Notes: a model not told the origin generated them from the letters alone. Shown: positions 22,348-33,234, counted from the stretch's first letter. The stretch: 64,000 bases of DNA from Planctomycetota bacterium (GCA_965223845.1 CBDCXR010000004.1:2112001-2176000); one strand, 5' to 3'. Translations and numbers: made by a program.

Positions 22348-25300
22348 ATGCGACCCCTCGAGCGATCGGGAGCGCAGGTGGCCTTGAATTCCTTACGAAC
22401 GGTTCGAGTGGCCGGCTTCGGCCCCGCGTGGGCGATCGGGGCGATGCTCCTAGCATCCCCCGGAACCGAGCCCGCGAAGGAGATCGTTCCGCCGCCGAGA
22501 TCACCGGAGTTCTTCGAAACGCGCGTGGCTCCGCTCCTCGAGAGACGCTGCGTCTCGTGTCACAACGAGTCGAAACGGAAGGGCGGCCTCGCCCTCGATA
22601 CGCGCGCCGGACTCGATGCCGGCGCGGAAGGTGACGCAGTTGTCGTTCGCGGACGACCGGAAGCGAGTTCACTCATCGCCGCAGTGTCGGGTGACGATCC
22701 GGCGATGCCGCGGTTGGGCCCGAAGCTCGATCCAGCCGAGGTCGCCCGACTGCGAGAGTGGATCGCGGCGGGCGCGCCCTGGCCGGCGGGTCGACGTCTC
22801 GCGGCGAAGCTCGATGCCGATCTCGATTGGTGGTCGCTCCGTCCGATCGCGCGTCCTCACGTCCCTCTCGTCGCGGACGGCGACCCCGCGCCGGGCGTTC
22901 GAACGCCAATCGACGCGTTCGTGATCGCGCAACTAGAGAAGAACGGGCTCCGTCTTTCGCCGGAAGCGGATCGGCGGACTCTCATCCGCCGGCTCACCTA
23001 CGACCTCCACGGCTTGCCGCCGTCGCCCGAGGAGGTCGAGGCGTTCGTCCGAGACGATCGTCCCGACGCGTACGATCGACTCGTCGATCGCCTCCTCGCC
23101 TCCCCGGCCTACGGGGAACGCTGGGCGCGGCACTGGCTCGACGTCGTTCACTACGCCGACACCCACGGCTACGACAAGGATAAGCTGCGCCCGAATGCGT
23201 GGCCGTATCGCGACTACGTCATCCGGGCGCTCAACGAGGACAAGCCGTACTCTCGGTTTGTCGAGGAGCAGATCGCGGGGGATGTTTTGTACCCGGGCAC
23301 GCGAGACGGGATCGTCGCGACAGGATTCATCGCCGCGGGCCCGTGGGACTTCATCGGGCACGCCGAGGTTCCCGAGTCGAAGATCGACGGCAAGATCGCA
23401 CGCAATCTCGACCGCGACGACATGGTGACGACGACGATGCAAACCTTCGTCAGCACCACGGTTCAGTGCGCTCGCTGTCACGATCACAAGTTCGATCCGG
23501 TCACGCAGGAGGATTACTACAGTCTCCAGGCTGTGTTCGCGGCCCTCGACCGAGCCGATCGCCCTTACGAGCGGTCCGACGAAGTAGGGACCAAGCGAAA
23601 GCAGCTGACCGCCCGGCGCGACGAGCTCGTTCGCTCGAGGGAGCGACTTCTCGCCGAAACGCGGCAGAGGGCCGGTCCCGAGCTGGAGCGCGTGGAGCGG
23701 GAATTGGCGACACTCGAGCAAACGACCAAGCCTGCGGAGCCGCGCCCAGAGTTCGGCTATCACAGCGCGATCGAGGCCCGCCAGGACGTCGAGAAGTGGG
23801 TGCAGGTCGATCTCGGTGCACCGGTCGAGATCGAGCGCGTGATCTACGCCGGGTGCCACGACGACTTCGCGGGGATCGGCGCCGGATTCGGTTTCCCCGT
23901 TCGCTATCGCATCGCCGTCTCCAACGACGAGGATTTCGCCGAGGACGTTCACGTCCTCATCGACTCGACGGACGCCGACGCTCCCAACCCAGGGGTGACG
24001 CCGCAGCTCGCCAGCGGTGGGGGACGCACCGCTCGCTACGTCCGCGTCACCGCGACGAAGCTCGCCCATCGGCAGCGCGACTATATCTTCGCTCTCGCGG
24101 AGCTCTCGGTGGTCACGACGGACGGGCGGAACGCCGCGCGTGGCGGGAAGGTGACTGCGCTCGATTCGATCGAGGCTCCCGTCCGCTGGTCGAAGAAGAA
24201 TCTCGTCGACGGGTACTATCGCGGAGGGCGGGCGAACGCCGCCGACCTCGCGAAGATCGAACGTCTTCTCGGCGAACGAGAGAGGATTCTGAGCTCCGCG
24301 CAAGGAGAAGTCACGCGTCGTGAGCTCGCTGCGATCGCGAGCGAGATCGATGCCATCGACCGAAACCTGAAGGCTCTCCCGGCTCCCGGTCGCGTCTACG
24401 CGGGAACGATTCACACCGGAAGCGGCGCATTTCAAGGGACTGGAAGCGCCGGCGGCGCTCCCCGCGAAATCCGAGTCCTCCACCGCGGGGACGTGCAGTC
24501 GCCGGGGGCTCTCGTCGATCCGGGCGTCCCGCCTCTTCTCGCCGCGGCGACTCACCGCTTCGCGCTTCCGAAAGAACACCCCGAAGGAGAGCGAAGGCGG
24601 GAACTAGCCGCGTGGATCACTCGCCGCGATAACGTCCTTACGTGGCGGTCGATCGTGAACCGCGTCTGGCAGTACCATTTCGGCCGCGGCATCGTCGAGA
24701 CGGCGAACGACTTCGGGCGGATGGGCGAGCAGCCGAGTCACCCCGAGCTCCTCGATTGGCTCGCGGCATGGTTTCGCGACGACGGGGGTCAGTCGCTGAA
24801 GGCTCTTCACCGCCTGATTCTAAGGAGCGCCGTCTACCGCCAGCAGTCGGTCGACCGACCGGAGGCGAGTGCCGTCGACGCGGGCAATCGGCTCCTCTGG
24901 CGGATGCAGCGGAGGCGCCTCGAGGCCGAAGCGGTTCGCGATACGGCGCTTCTCCTCGCTGGGCGTCTCGGGAGAAGGATCGGTGGACCGGGCTTTCGTG
25001 CGTTCATCCTAGAGAAGCCGGAACACTCGCCGCACTACGAGTACGCGAAGCACTCGCCCAGCGATCCCGCCAGCCACCGCCGCACGATCTATCGCTTCAT
25101 CGTAAGATCGCAGCAGGATCCGCTCATGACCACGCTCGACTGCGCGGATCCCTCGCTCATGGTCGATCGCCGAAACGAGACGCTCACCGCGATCCAGGCG
25201 CTCGCGCTCCTCAACAATCGCTTCGTGACGTACGCGGCGGAAGAGTTCGCGGCGCGACTTGCGAGCGAAGAGACGCTCGAGGCGAAGATTCGCCGGGCGG

Positions 25301-25431
25301 TGTGGCTCGCTCTCTCCCGGAAGCCATCGCGCGAGGATGCGGAGCTCCTTCTCGACCACGCGAAGCGCTTCGGACTCGCGAACGCGTGCCGCGTTCTGCT
25401 CAACCTAAACGAGTTCTTATTCGTCGACTGA
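22348..25431 (+). CDS. Planctomycete cytochrome c (PSCyt1) + DUF1549/DUF1553 protein with discoidin domain
   Basis: CVSCH haem motif, [28 protein letters not shown] discoidin motif, HPELLDWLA; start uncertain. Confidence 0.9.
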   Translation: MRPLERSGAQVALNSLRTVRVAGFGPAWAIGAMLLASPGTEPAKEIVPPPRSPEFFETRVAPLLERRCVSCHNESKRKGGLALDTRAGLDAGAEGDAVVVRGRPEASSLIAAVSGDDPAMPRLGPKLDPAEVARLREWIAAGAPWPAGRRLAAKLDADLDWWSLRPIARPHVPLVADGDPAPGVRTPIDAFVIAQLEKNGLRLSPEADRRTLIRRLTYDLHGLPPSPEEVEAFVRDDRPDAYDRLVDRLLASPAYGERWARHWLDVVHYADTHGYDKDKLRPNAWPYRDYVIRALNEDKPYSRFVEEQIAGDVLYPGTRDGIVATGFIAAGPWDFIGHAEVPESKIDGKIARNLDRDDMVTTTMQTFVSTTVQCARCHDHKFDPVTQEDYYSLQAVFAALDRADRPYERSDEVGTKRKQLTARRDELVRSRERLLAETRQRAGPELERVERELATLEQTTKPAEPRPEFGYHSAIEARQDVEKWVQVDLGAPVEIERVIYAGCHDDFAGIGAGFGFPVRYRIAVSNDEDFAEDVHVLIDSTDADAPNPGVTPQLASGGGRTARYVRVTATKLAHRQRDYIFALAELSVVTTDGRNAARGGKVTALDSIEAPVRWSKKNLVDGYYRGGRANAADLAKIERLLGERERILSSAQGEVTRRELAAIASEIDAIDRNLKALPAPGRVYAGTIHTGSGAFQGTGSAGGAPREIRVLHRGDVQSPGALVDPGVPPLLAAATHRFALPKEHPEGERRRELAAWITRRDNVLTWRSIVNRVWQYHFGRGIVETANDFGRMGEQPSHPELLDWLAAWFRDDGGQSLKALHRLILRSAVYRQQSVDRPEASAVDAGNRLLWRMQRRRLEAEAVRDTALLLAGRLGRRIGGPGFRAFILEKPEHSPHYEYAKHSPSDPASHRRTIYRFIVRSQQDPLMTTLDCADPSLMVDRRNETLTAIQALALLNNRFVTYAAEEFAARLASEETLEAKIRRAVWLALSRKPSREDAELLLDHAKRFGLANACRVLLNLNEFLFVD

Positions 25432-25445
25432 GAGAGTTCGTTTCG

Positions 25446-26936
25446 ATGCGAGAATCCCGTAGTTCTTCGACTCCACCCGCCCTATTCGATCGGCGCAGCT
25501 TCCTTTGGCGATCGGGCGGCGGTCTCGGTGGCATCGCTCTCGCTACTATGCTGGCCGAGGCCGAAGCGCGGGCCGCGGGCGGCTCGGCGCGCAGCGAGGG
25601 GATTCACCATCGTCCGCGCGCGAAGCGAGTCGTGCAGCTCTTCATGGCGGGGGCGGCGAGTCACGTCGATCTCTTCGACTACAAGCCGCGACTCTGGCGA
25701 GACCACGGAAAAAAGTGGGACCCTGGCGAGAAGGTCGAGCTCTTTCAAAATGGCCTGGGCGCGACGTACGCTCCGCCGTGGACGTTCCGGCCGTACGGTG
25801 ACTGCGGGAAGCACCTTTCCGAGATCGTCGCGCCGCTCGGGAAGTGCGTCGATCGCATGGCGTTCATTCACAACCTCGTCGGCAAAACGGGAGTCCACAG
25901 CCAGGCGACGTTTCTCCAATCGACGGGCTTCCAGCTTCCGGGCTTTCCCGGCGTCGGGGCGTGGGTGAGCTACGCACTCGGAAGCATGAACGAAGACCTC
26001 CCGACCTTCGTCGTCCTTCCCGACCATCGCGGGTTCGCGTCGAACGGGCCGAAGAACTGGGACGCCGGGTTTCTCCCCGCTCAGCACCAGGGAACGATCG
26101 TTCAGCCGATCTCGGACGATCCGGTTGCGAATCTCTTCCCGCCCGAAGGGAGCTTCGTCACGCCGGAAAGCGATGCGGCGGCGCAACGACTTCTCGGTCG
26201 GCTCAATCGACGACACGCGGTGCTGCGCCCCGGCGACTCGCGCCTCGGTGCACGCATGCGTTCCTACGAGCTCGCCGCGCGCATGCAGCTCGCCGCTCCC
26301 GATGCGCTCGACATCACCCGCGAACCTGATCACATCCTCTCGCTCTACGGCCTCGATCACGGACAGAAACAGTTCGCGAAGACGATCAACCCCGTCGAGG
26401 AGATCGATTACTTCAGCCGCAAGTGCCTCGTCGCCCGGCGACTCCTCGAACGCGGCGTTCGCTTCGTCCAGATCTGGTCGGGCTGCGACAACGCCTTCCC
26501 GCGGAGAAACTGGGATTCGCACGAAGACATCGCGCGTGACCACGGCCCGCTCGCACTCGGGATGGCGAAGGGCGCGTCGGCGCTCATCGAGGATCTCGAT
26601 CAGCGCGGCATGCTCGACGACACGGTCATTCTCTGGACGACCGAATTCGGGCGCATGCCCTGCGCACAGGGCTCGAAAGGCCGAGACCACAATCCCTTCG
26701 GCTTCACCAACTGGCTATGCGGTGGGGGAATCCGCGGCGGCGTCACTCACGGCGAGAGCGACGAATGGGGGTATAAGCCGGCGGACCGCGCGAATCCGAC
26801 GTACGTCTACGACGTTCACGCGACGATCCTTCACCTGCTCGGCATCGATCACGAGCGCCTGACCGTGCGGCACAACGGGATCGACCGGCGGCTCACGGAC
26901 GTGCACGGGCACGTCATCCGCGACCTTCTCGCGTAG
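25446..26936 (+). CDS. DUF1501 domain-containing protein (Tat)
   Basis: DRRSFL, SHVDLFDYKP, TEFGRMP, GRDHNP, RLTDVHG; ATG at 25446. Confidence 0.92.
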   Translation: MRESRSSSTPPALFDRRSFLWRSGGGLGGIALATMLAEAEARAAGGSARSEGIHHRPRAKRVVQLFMAGAASHVDLFDYKPRLWRDHGKKWDPGEKVELFQNGLGATYAPPWTFRPYGDCGKHLSEIVAPLGKCVDRMAFIHNLVGKTGVHSQATFLQSTGFQLPGFPGVGAWVSYALGSMNEDLPTFVVLPDHRGFASNGPKNWDAGFLPAQHQGTIVQPISDDPVANLFPPEGSFVTPESDAAAQRLLGRLNRRHAVLRPGDSRLGARMRSYELAARMQLAAPDALDITREPDHILSLYGLDHGQKQFAKTINPVEEIDYFSRKCLVARRLLERGVRFVQIWSGCDNAFPRRNWDSHEDIARDHGPLALGMAKGASALIEDLDQRGMLDDTVILWTTEFGRMPCAQGSKGRDHNPFGFTNWLCGGGIRGGVTHGESDEWGYKPADRANPTYVYDVHATILHLLGIDHERLTVRHNGIDRRLTDVHGHVIRDLLA

Positions 26937-26960
26937 CGTGCGATTCGTCCGCGACTGCGA

Positions 26961-27122
26961 TCAGCAGGACACGCGGTCGCGCGTGCGCCGGGACCGCGAG
27001 GGGGCCGTGCGCGGATCGCCGTACCATTTGGCGTCCGACTGGGACGGATCCGCGGCCCCGAGCGCCGTGACGATCACGACCAACGAGACAGGAATCAGCA
27101 GCATGTAGATGAGTAGCGACAT
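26961..27122 (-). CDS. Possible small membrane protein
   Basis: MSLLIYMLLIPVSLVVIVTALG hydrophobic N-terminus in an intergenic gap; no recognisable family. Confidence 0.35.
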   Translation of the reverse strand: MSLLIYMLLIPVSLVVIVTALGAADPSQSDAKWYGDPRTAPSRSRRTRDRVSC

Positions 27123-27270
27123 CGAAGAGACCCTCGTGGGATTAGGAATCCCCTCCCCATCGGTCTCTTCGGCGAGATGGCCGCGACTTCTACACAAAAA
27201 AGCCGAACCGCGGCGCTGTCGTCCGGTAAACCGCAGCCGGTCCAGACGAGTCCGGTTCGAGCGGGCGCGA

Positions 27271-28827
27271 TCACCCGCCCTGGTGTTTCGATAGGTACTC
27301 CGCGACCGCCTTGTCGACGACGAGCTTCTTCACACCGAGCTCGGCCGCTTTCTTGCGCGTCACTTCGAGCGGGACGCCGTGCTCCATCCCGATGTAGAGA
27401 GCCCAGAGACCCCAGACCCGGTTCGCGTTCGAGCCGTGGATCAAAACGGGCCCCTTTTTCTTCGCCGCGCGGACGGCGGCGAGAAACTCGTTCGCCGCCT
27501 TTTCGTCGAAGGTCTGCGGTGCGACCGGCATGTGGATGTACTTGATCCCGAGCTCTTCGACCGCGACGTCCTCGTCGAATCCGAGTCCGAACAGCTCGCG
27601 TGCCATCCTCACGTTGATTACGGTCTTTACGCCTTCGTCCTGCGCGGTGTAGAAGTCCGGCTGCGCCGGCTGCCCGGCGAGATGGAAGTCGCCGAGTTGA
27701 TGCGAAACACCGCGCAGAACGCGGATCTTGGATGGCTTCGGCTCAAGCGCAGCGGGCCACTTTCCCCAGTCCTTGCCGCGAGGTTTTCGCGCCGCCCCGG
27801 GACCGACCGCTTTCGGCGGTGTCGCCGCCGCGAGGCTCGCTCGATCGACGCCGGCCTGGTATGGCGTGCCAACACCCGCCTCGGCGACCGCGCTGTTCCA
27901 GGTGCGGATTCCGAGGTCGCGGACGACGAGCGCCTGCGCCCAACGATCAGAGAGCTCGACTCCGTCCGGACCGACGATGGAGTAGGGGGGCGGACCGAGC
28001 TCGCTCTTAAAAACGAAGACGTCTCCCGGCCGAGCGTTCTTCAGCCATGCAACCATCGCCTGCTTCCACCAACCGGCAAAGCGGCGAGCTTCTTGGGTGT
28101 CGCCTTTGTCACCGACGTCGATTTGCGCCTGCGCTCCGTTCCCGATTCGCCCGTCGACCATGCCGGTCCGAGCGAGCACCGCGTCGAAAGCAGCCTTGAT
28201 CTCGCCCCGCACGGGCCCGTTGACGCCGTACGAAATCACGAAGTGGGAAAGATCGGCGTGAAGCTGGATCCCCGGGAGCTCCCTCGCCCAGCGCCCCGTG
28301 AGCACCAGATCCTGCGTGATGGTCCGGCGGTGAGTCTCGACGTAGAAGGGAAGCTTCGCTTCACGACAACGTGCCGACATCGCACGGATCTTCTCCGCTC
28401 CTTCGTCGAACGTAACGAAGGTCGGACGGATCATGGCGACGAGTCCGCGTGCGTTCATTTCTTTCGCCGCCGCGATCGCTTCGTCGAGCTCCGCGACCGT
28501 GCTCGGGGCGCACTGAAGAGTGAGAGCTAGACCGTGCTTCGCCGCGAGATCGCGGTAGGCGTTTCGCTCGCCCGGTTCTCGCGGAAGAAAGAGCATGAAG
28601 CCGTCGAACCCGGACTTCGCGATGTTCGAAATCTTGTCCTCTCGCGACCATTCCGGACCGCCGCGAGGGAGACCCCGCATCGCCCAGATCGCCTGTTCGA
28701 CGCTAAGGCGCGGGGCGCGTTCCGAGCCGTCGTTGATCCAGTGAGCCGGCTCGGCGCGAGTCAAGGTGGATTGAACTATGAGAAGAGCGAGGACCGAGAA
28801 CCGGGCAAAGCGTAGGAAGTTTCGCAT
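27271..28827 (-). CDS. Exported xylose-isomerase-like TIM barrel fused to a DUF442/PTP-like domain
   Basis: Signal peptide; ETHR and ADLSH TIM motifs, SELGPPPY; C-terminal LAGQP, GVKTVINVR, GIKYIHMPV, PVLIH. Confidence 0.8.
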   Translation of the reverse strand: MRNFLRFARFSVLALLIVQSTLTRAEPAHWINDGSERAPRLSVEQAIWAMRGLPRGGPEWSREDKISNIAKSGFDGFMLFLPREPGERNAYRDLAAKHGLALTLQCAPSTVAELDEAIAAAKEMNARGLVAMIRPTFVTFDEGAEKIRAMSARCREAKLPFYVETHRRTITQDLVLTGRWARELPGIQLHADLSHFVISYGVNGPVRGEIKAAFDAVLARTGMVDGRIGNGAQAQIDVGDKGDTQEARRFAGWWKQAMVAWLKNARPGDVFVFKSELGPPPYSIVGPDGVELSDRWAQALVVRDLGIRTWNSAVAEAGVGTPYQAGVDRASLAAATPPKAVGPGAARKPRGKDWGKWPAALEPKPSKIRVLRGVSHQLGDFHLAGQPAQPDFYTAQDEGVKTVINVRMARELFGLGFDEDVAVEELGIKYIHMPVAPQTFDEKAANEFLAAVRAAKKKGPVLIHGSNANRVWGLWALYIGMEHGVPLEVTRKKAAELGVKKLVVDKAVAEYLSKHQGG

Positions 28828-29175
28828 GATGGAGTCTCGAGGTAGCGGAGTTTTCGACCGGGAGCGGTGAAGATCGTCAGACTACCACTCGCTGTCGGCC
28901 TTTGCACGACGCCGCCCGCCCGAACGTAGCCCTCACCAGAGGTGATCGCTCGGACCGTTTGACGAGGCCGATCGAAGCGGCTTCATTTCAGCCCCGGGGA
29001 TCGCTGGACGCACGCGGGGACCTGCCGAGTCGCCGCCGGTACCCCGTCGTGAGCAGTTTCGATTCATGAGCTGATAGGGTTACAGGAACTGAACGGCGCT
29101 GTACACTCGTTCTATCGGCGGGTTCGCGCGCGGAGCGCGAGTTCTGGGGAGGAGAAGTCCGGAGCAGGAGATACT

Positions 29176-32100
29176 TTGAACCCATCGCACGCAGTGTCGT
29201 CGCGGGTCGGTTGGGGAATCCGTTTCACACTCGTCGTGATCGTGCTCTCGCTCGCGCCGGGTCTCGCCCGCGCGTTCTCGATCATCCCGCCGGCCGACCT
29301 CGGCCAGCTCGCGTCGCAGGCGGAGGCAGTGGTCTTAGCGAGCGCGGGAGAGTCGAGCGCTGCGAGTCGGGGAGCGCTCGTCTTTACGACGACCGAGTTT
29401 CACGTCGACGATGTCGTCGCCGGTCCGATTCGAGTGGGCGACGCCGTCGACGTCGTCTGTCCGGGAGGGATCGCCGACGATCGCGAGTGGATCGTCGATG
29501 GTTCACCGCGTTTCGTTTCCGGCGAGAGATATCTCCTTTTCCTCGACGCGCGTCCCGGCGGCACGTGGATCCCCAAGCTCCTCAGCTACGGCCTCCTGCG
29601 CGAAGCCGTCGCAGGCGACGGACGAGCGCTCCTCACCCCGATCGCCACGCGACCCGGCGCGAGCTTCCGCGCGCCGAACGGCGAGATTCCGGAGTCCATC
29701 GCGACATACGAGCGCGACGATCTTCTCATTCACCTCTCGCACGTGCTGAGCGGTCGAGATCGATGGACCGGCGAGACTCTCGCAGTCGAACCTGCGGTCG
29801 AGGATCTCCCGGGAATCGCGGGCGACGTCCCGGCCGGCTGCACCTACTTTGTCAGCAGCAATCGCAACACGCGCTGGCGCGCATTCGATTCGTCCGGCCG
29901 CGCCGAGATCCGCGTGCGCACTCCGGGCGATGGGCTCCTCACCGGCGGCGGTGTGAAGGAGGTCGTCCAGGCGATGAATCGCTGGATGGAGGTCGACGGA
30001 ACTGGCGTCAATCTCGTCCTCGAAGGAACGACGGCGGCGAGTGTCGCCTGCTCCGGAGGGAGCAACGACACGCTCGAGAACGCCATCGTCTTCAACGATC
30101 CGTGCTTCGACATCGCGGACTCGGAAGGTTGCGGCGGCGTTCTCGCCTTCGGCGGACCACTCCTTTCCGGTACACATTCCTTCGACGGCGCGTCGTGGGC
30201 GACGATCTCGGGCTGGGTCGTCGTCGTCAACAACGAGGCGAGCTGTATCGGCAGTCGCAACTTTTCGTTCATGCTAGCGCACGAGCTCGGCCACGGACTC
30301 GGCTTCGGGCACGTGAGCGATCCAAACGCGCTCATGTGGGAAGCGTGCTGCAATCCGGTGAACAGTACGGATCGCCGCTGCGTGACTTACACGTACCCGC
30401 AAGAAAACCCGGACAATGAGCGGCCGACGGTCGACGCCGGCTCCGACCTCGATCTCGCCCTTCCCGATCGCACTCTGCGGCTCGCCGGAACGGCGGACGA
30501 TGTCGACGGACCGCAGCCGCTCACGACGAGCTGGGCGCAGGTGAGCGGTCCCGGACTCGTAACGTTCGCGGACCCGAGCGCTCTCTCGACGACGGCGACG
30601 TTCTCCCGCTCGGGAGTCTACGTCCTCACACTTACCGCCGACGACGGCGAGTTGATTCGATCCGACGCGATTCTCGTCTCCGTCGCCATCGGAACCGGAC
30701 CGATTCACCGCCTGACATTTCGACAAGGCACCGATGGCTACACCGCGGCGATCGACACGATTCTCCGCGAAGCCTCTCCGCAGGCGACGGCGCCGAGCGG
30801 AACGGCGCTCACCATCGACGGCGAAGACACGAACGATCTCGAGGTCCATTCGCTTCTGCGCTTCGGGAGTCTCTTCGGAACGTCCGAACGTCAGGTTCCT
30901 CCGGGGGCCGAGGTGACACTCGCAACTCTCTCGGTCGCGACGACGGACGAAGGGAGCGGGGCGCGATTCTACCGTATGACGGAGCCGTGGGAGGAGCGGT
31001 CGAGCTGGTCGACGTTCGGTGCGACCGGAATTCGACGCGGAGTCCACACCCTGTCGAGCGCCGAAGACACCATCGAAGGACATCCGGGCGCGGTCACGAT
31101 CGACGTCACGGCGAGCGTCGCCGCATGGAGCGAAGAGCCGTGCGCCAACCTGGGATGGGCGCTCCTTCCGATCGGCACGAACGGCTGGACCTTTTCATCC
31201 ACTGAAGGCGGCGATCGCCCCTTGCTCGTCGTCGAATACGTCGCGGAGGACGATCTTCCGCTCATCTCGGTCGGCGACGATTGGAGATATTTGAAGGGAC
31301 GCGCTCCGCCTCCGGCCGATTGGCACGCGCTCGACTTCACTCCCGATGACGAGTGGCTCATCGGGCCGACCGGGATCGGCTACGGCGACGGCGATGATGC
31401 GACGATCCTCTCTGATATGGAGGACAACTACCTCACCGTCTACGCTCGGCGCGAGTTCGAGGTGACGAGTGCGGCCGCGGTCGGGCGACTCGTCCTCGAC
31501 ATCGACTACGACGATGGCTTTGTCGCGTACCTGAACGGAGACGAGGTCGCACGGTCGGCGTCGATGGGAGCGGCGGGCAGCCCCGTCGCCTACAACACTG
31601 CCGCGTCCTCGCACGACGCCGGCGCGGTCGAATCCTTTACCATCGGCACCGACTCGCTTCGTGACGGAACGAACGTCCTCGCCATCGAGGTGCACAACTC
31701 CACGCTCGGGAGCAGCGACCTTTCGCTGCTTCCCTCACTCTCCGCGGCGCGAAACTTCATCGAGCCGGGTGCCGAGTGGACGTTCCGTCGAGGGTCGGAG
31801 GCGATTCCGGTGGACTGGACGAATCCGGCGTTCGACGATGCCGACTGGGAACGCGGACGCGCGGGCATCGGCTACGGCGATGGCGACGATGCAACCGTCC
31901 TCGCAGACATGGAAGGCAACTACGCGTCCGTCTTCTGCCGGAAACGATTCTTCGTCGCGCCGGGAACCGCGTTCGATGAAGCGCTTCTCTCGGTCGTCTA
32001 CGACGACGGGGTGGTCGTGTATCTGAATGGAACGGAGATCGACCGGCGACAGATGCCGGGAGGGACGATCACACGGCAAACGACGGCCGCGGCGTCCGGC

Positions 32101-32538
32101 GAATCCAACGTCGCGACGTGGACGCTCCCGCGAGCCGAATTCGTGGAGGGGGAAAACGTGCTCGCCGTGAGCGTTCACAACGCGTCCCTCGGCAGCTCCG
32201 ATCTCAGCTTCCACGCGGTGCTCGTCCCGCGCGATGCTTCCACCGCCGTCGATTGCGACCCCGAATCGACGATCCGTCGCGGCGACGCGAACGACGACGG
32301 CGACCTCAACATCGCCGACGCGCTGTTCACTCTCGCCTATCTGTTCGAGGATGGGCCGCCGCCGGAGTGTCTCGACGCGGTCGACGCAAACGACGACGGG
32401 CGGGCGGAAATCAGCGATGCGCTCGCGATTCTCCTTCACCTCTTCGTCGGAAGGGCTCTCCCGCCTCCCGTAGGCACGTGCGCAGAGGATCCGACGCCGG
32501 ACGACATTCGGGATTGCGTACTTCGACAGTGTGAGTGA
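29176..32538 (+). CDS. Secreted matrixin (M10-like) metalloprotease with PKD-like, DNRLRE/CBM96-like, two jelly-roll domains and dockerin-like tail
   Basis: HELGHGLGFGH zinc motif with ALM Met-turn; two GIGYGDGDDAT...YDDG.V.YLNG.E repeats; RRGDANDDG...DANDDG C-terminus. Confidence 0.85.
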   Translation: MNPSHAVSSRVGWGIRFTLVVIVLSLAPGLARAFSIIPPADLGQLASQAEAVVLASAGESSAASRGALVFTTTEFHVDDVVAGPIRVGDAVDVVCPGGIADDREWIVDGSPRFVSGERYLLFLDARPGGTWIPKLLSYGLLREAVAGDGRALLTPIATRPGASFRAPNGEIPESIATYERDDLLIHLSHVLSGRDRWTGETLAVEPAVEDLPGIAGDVPAGCTYFVSSNRNTRWRAFDSSGRAEIRVRTPGDGLLTGGGVKEVVQAMNRWMEVDGTGVNLVLEGTTAASVACSGGSNDTLENAIVFNDPCFDIADSEGCGGVLAFGGPLLSGTHSFDGASWATISGWVVVVNNEASCIGSRNFSFMLAHELGHGLGFGHVSDPNALMWEACCNPVNSTDRRCVTYTYPQENPDNERPTVDAGSDLDLALPDRTLRLAGTADDVDGPQPLTTSWAQVSGPGLVTFADPSALSTTATFSRSGVYVLTLTADDGELIRSDAILVSVAIGTGPIHRLTFRQGTDGYTAAIDTILREASPQATAPSGTALTIDGEDTNDLEVHSLLRFGSLFGTSERQVPPGAEVTLATLSVATTDEGSGARFYRMTEPWEERSSWSTFGATGIRRGVHTLSSAEDTIEGHPGAVTIDVTASVAAWSEEPCANLGWALLPIGTNGWTFSSTEGGDRPLLVVEYVAEDDLPLISVGDDWRYLKGRAPPPADWHALDFTPDDEWLIGPTGIGYGDGDDATILSDMEDNYLTVYARREFEVTSAAAVGRLVLDIDYDDGFVAYLNGDEVARSASMGAAGSPVAYNTAASSHDAGAVESFTIGTDSLRDGTNVLAIEVHNSTLGSSDLSLLPSLSAARNFIEPGAEWTFRRGSEAIPVDWTNPAFDDADWERGRAGIGYGDGDDATVLADMEGNYASVFCRKRFFVAPGTAFDEALLSVVYDDGVVVYLNGTEIDRRQMPGGTITRQTTAAASGESNVATWTLPRAEFVEGENVLAVSVHNASLGSSDLSFHAVLVPRDASTAVDCDPESTIRRGDANDDGDLNIADALFTLAYLFEDGPPPECLDAVDANDDGRAEISDALAILLHLFVGRALPPPVGTCAEDPTPDDIRDCVLRQCE

Positions 32539-32610
32539 GCTCGGCGGATCCGAGCGACGGGGCCGTTCTCCGGCGCGCACGCCGCCGCGGATCTCGATGC
32601 GGGCTGCACG

Positions 32611-33207
32611 ATGAAGAGACGGCTGTTCGACCAGCGCGTAAACGTTGAGGAGAACGCGCGCGGCGTCACCATCGAAGCTCGCGCCGACACTTCTCGCTGG
32701 CTCACGGCGCTGTTCTTTCTCACGATTCTGGCCGCGATCTCCGCGCCCGTATTCTATGGATTCAGCCGGACCACGATCGATCCGGGGAACCGCATCTTCT
32801 TCGTCGCCGGTGCCGCGGCCGGCGGATTCGCTCTCATCCTCGGAGTCGCTGCGTGCTTCTTCGCGTTCCATCTTCGGCGCGTGCGAGTCGAAGTTGATTC
32901 CGCCGCGGGAGTCTGTCGCATAACGCGATTTCGCAGCGTTTCGATTCCGCTGGGGGAGATCTCCGCCGTCGAGCTCAAGACCGGCGGTGACGGGGACGCG
33001 GGCGCCGCATGCTTCTCCCTTCGCCGCCTCGATTCTCGATCACTGCCCCTCTTCCATTGCTCGTTCGTGGAATCGGACGGATCGCTCCCTGGAATGGAGG
33101 GGTGTCGCGATTTCGGTCAGTCGCTAGCGGAGCGACTCCGGACGCGACTCATCGAAGCCGACGCTCGTCCGCGACGAGCTACGCGAAGAGTGGAACCCGA
33201 AGATTGA
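32611..33207 (+). CDS. Hypothetical membrane protein (two TM helices)
   Basis: Two hydrophobic segments followed by a soluble beta-rich domain. Confidence 0.65.
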   Translation: MKRRLFDQRVNVEENARGVTIEARADTSRWLTALFFLTILAAISAPVFYGFSRTTIDPGNRIFFVAGAAAGGFALILGVAACFFAFHLRRVRVEVDSAAGVCRITRFRSVSIPLGEISAVELKTGGDGDAGAACFSLRRLDSRSLPLFHCSFVESDGSLPGMEGCRDFGQSLAERLRTRLIEADARPRRATRRVEPED

Positions 33208-33234
33208 CTCCCTCGGGTGTACTCCCGATCCCGT

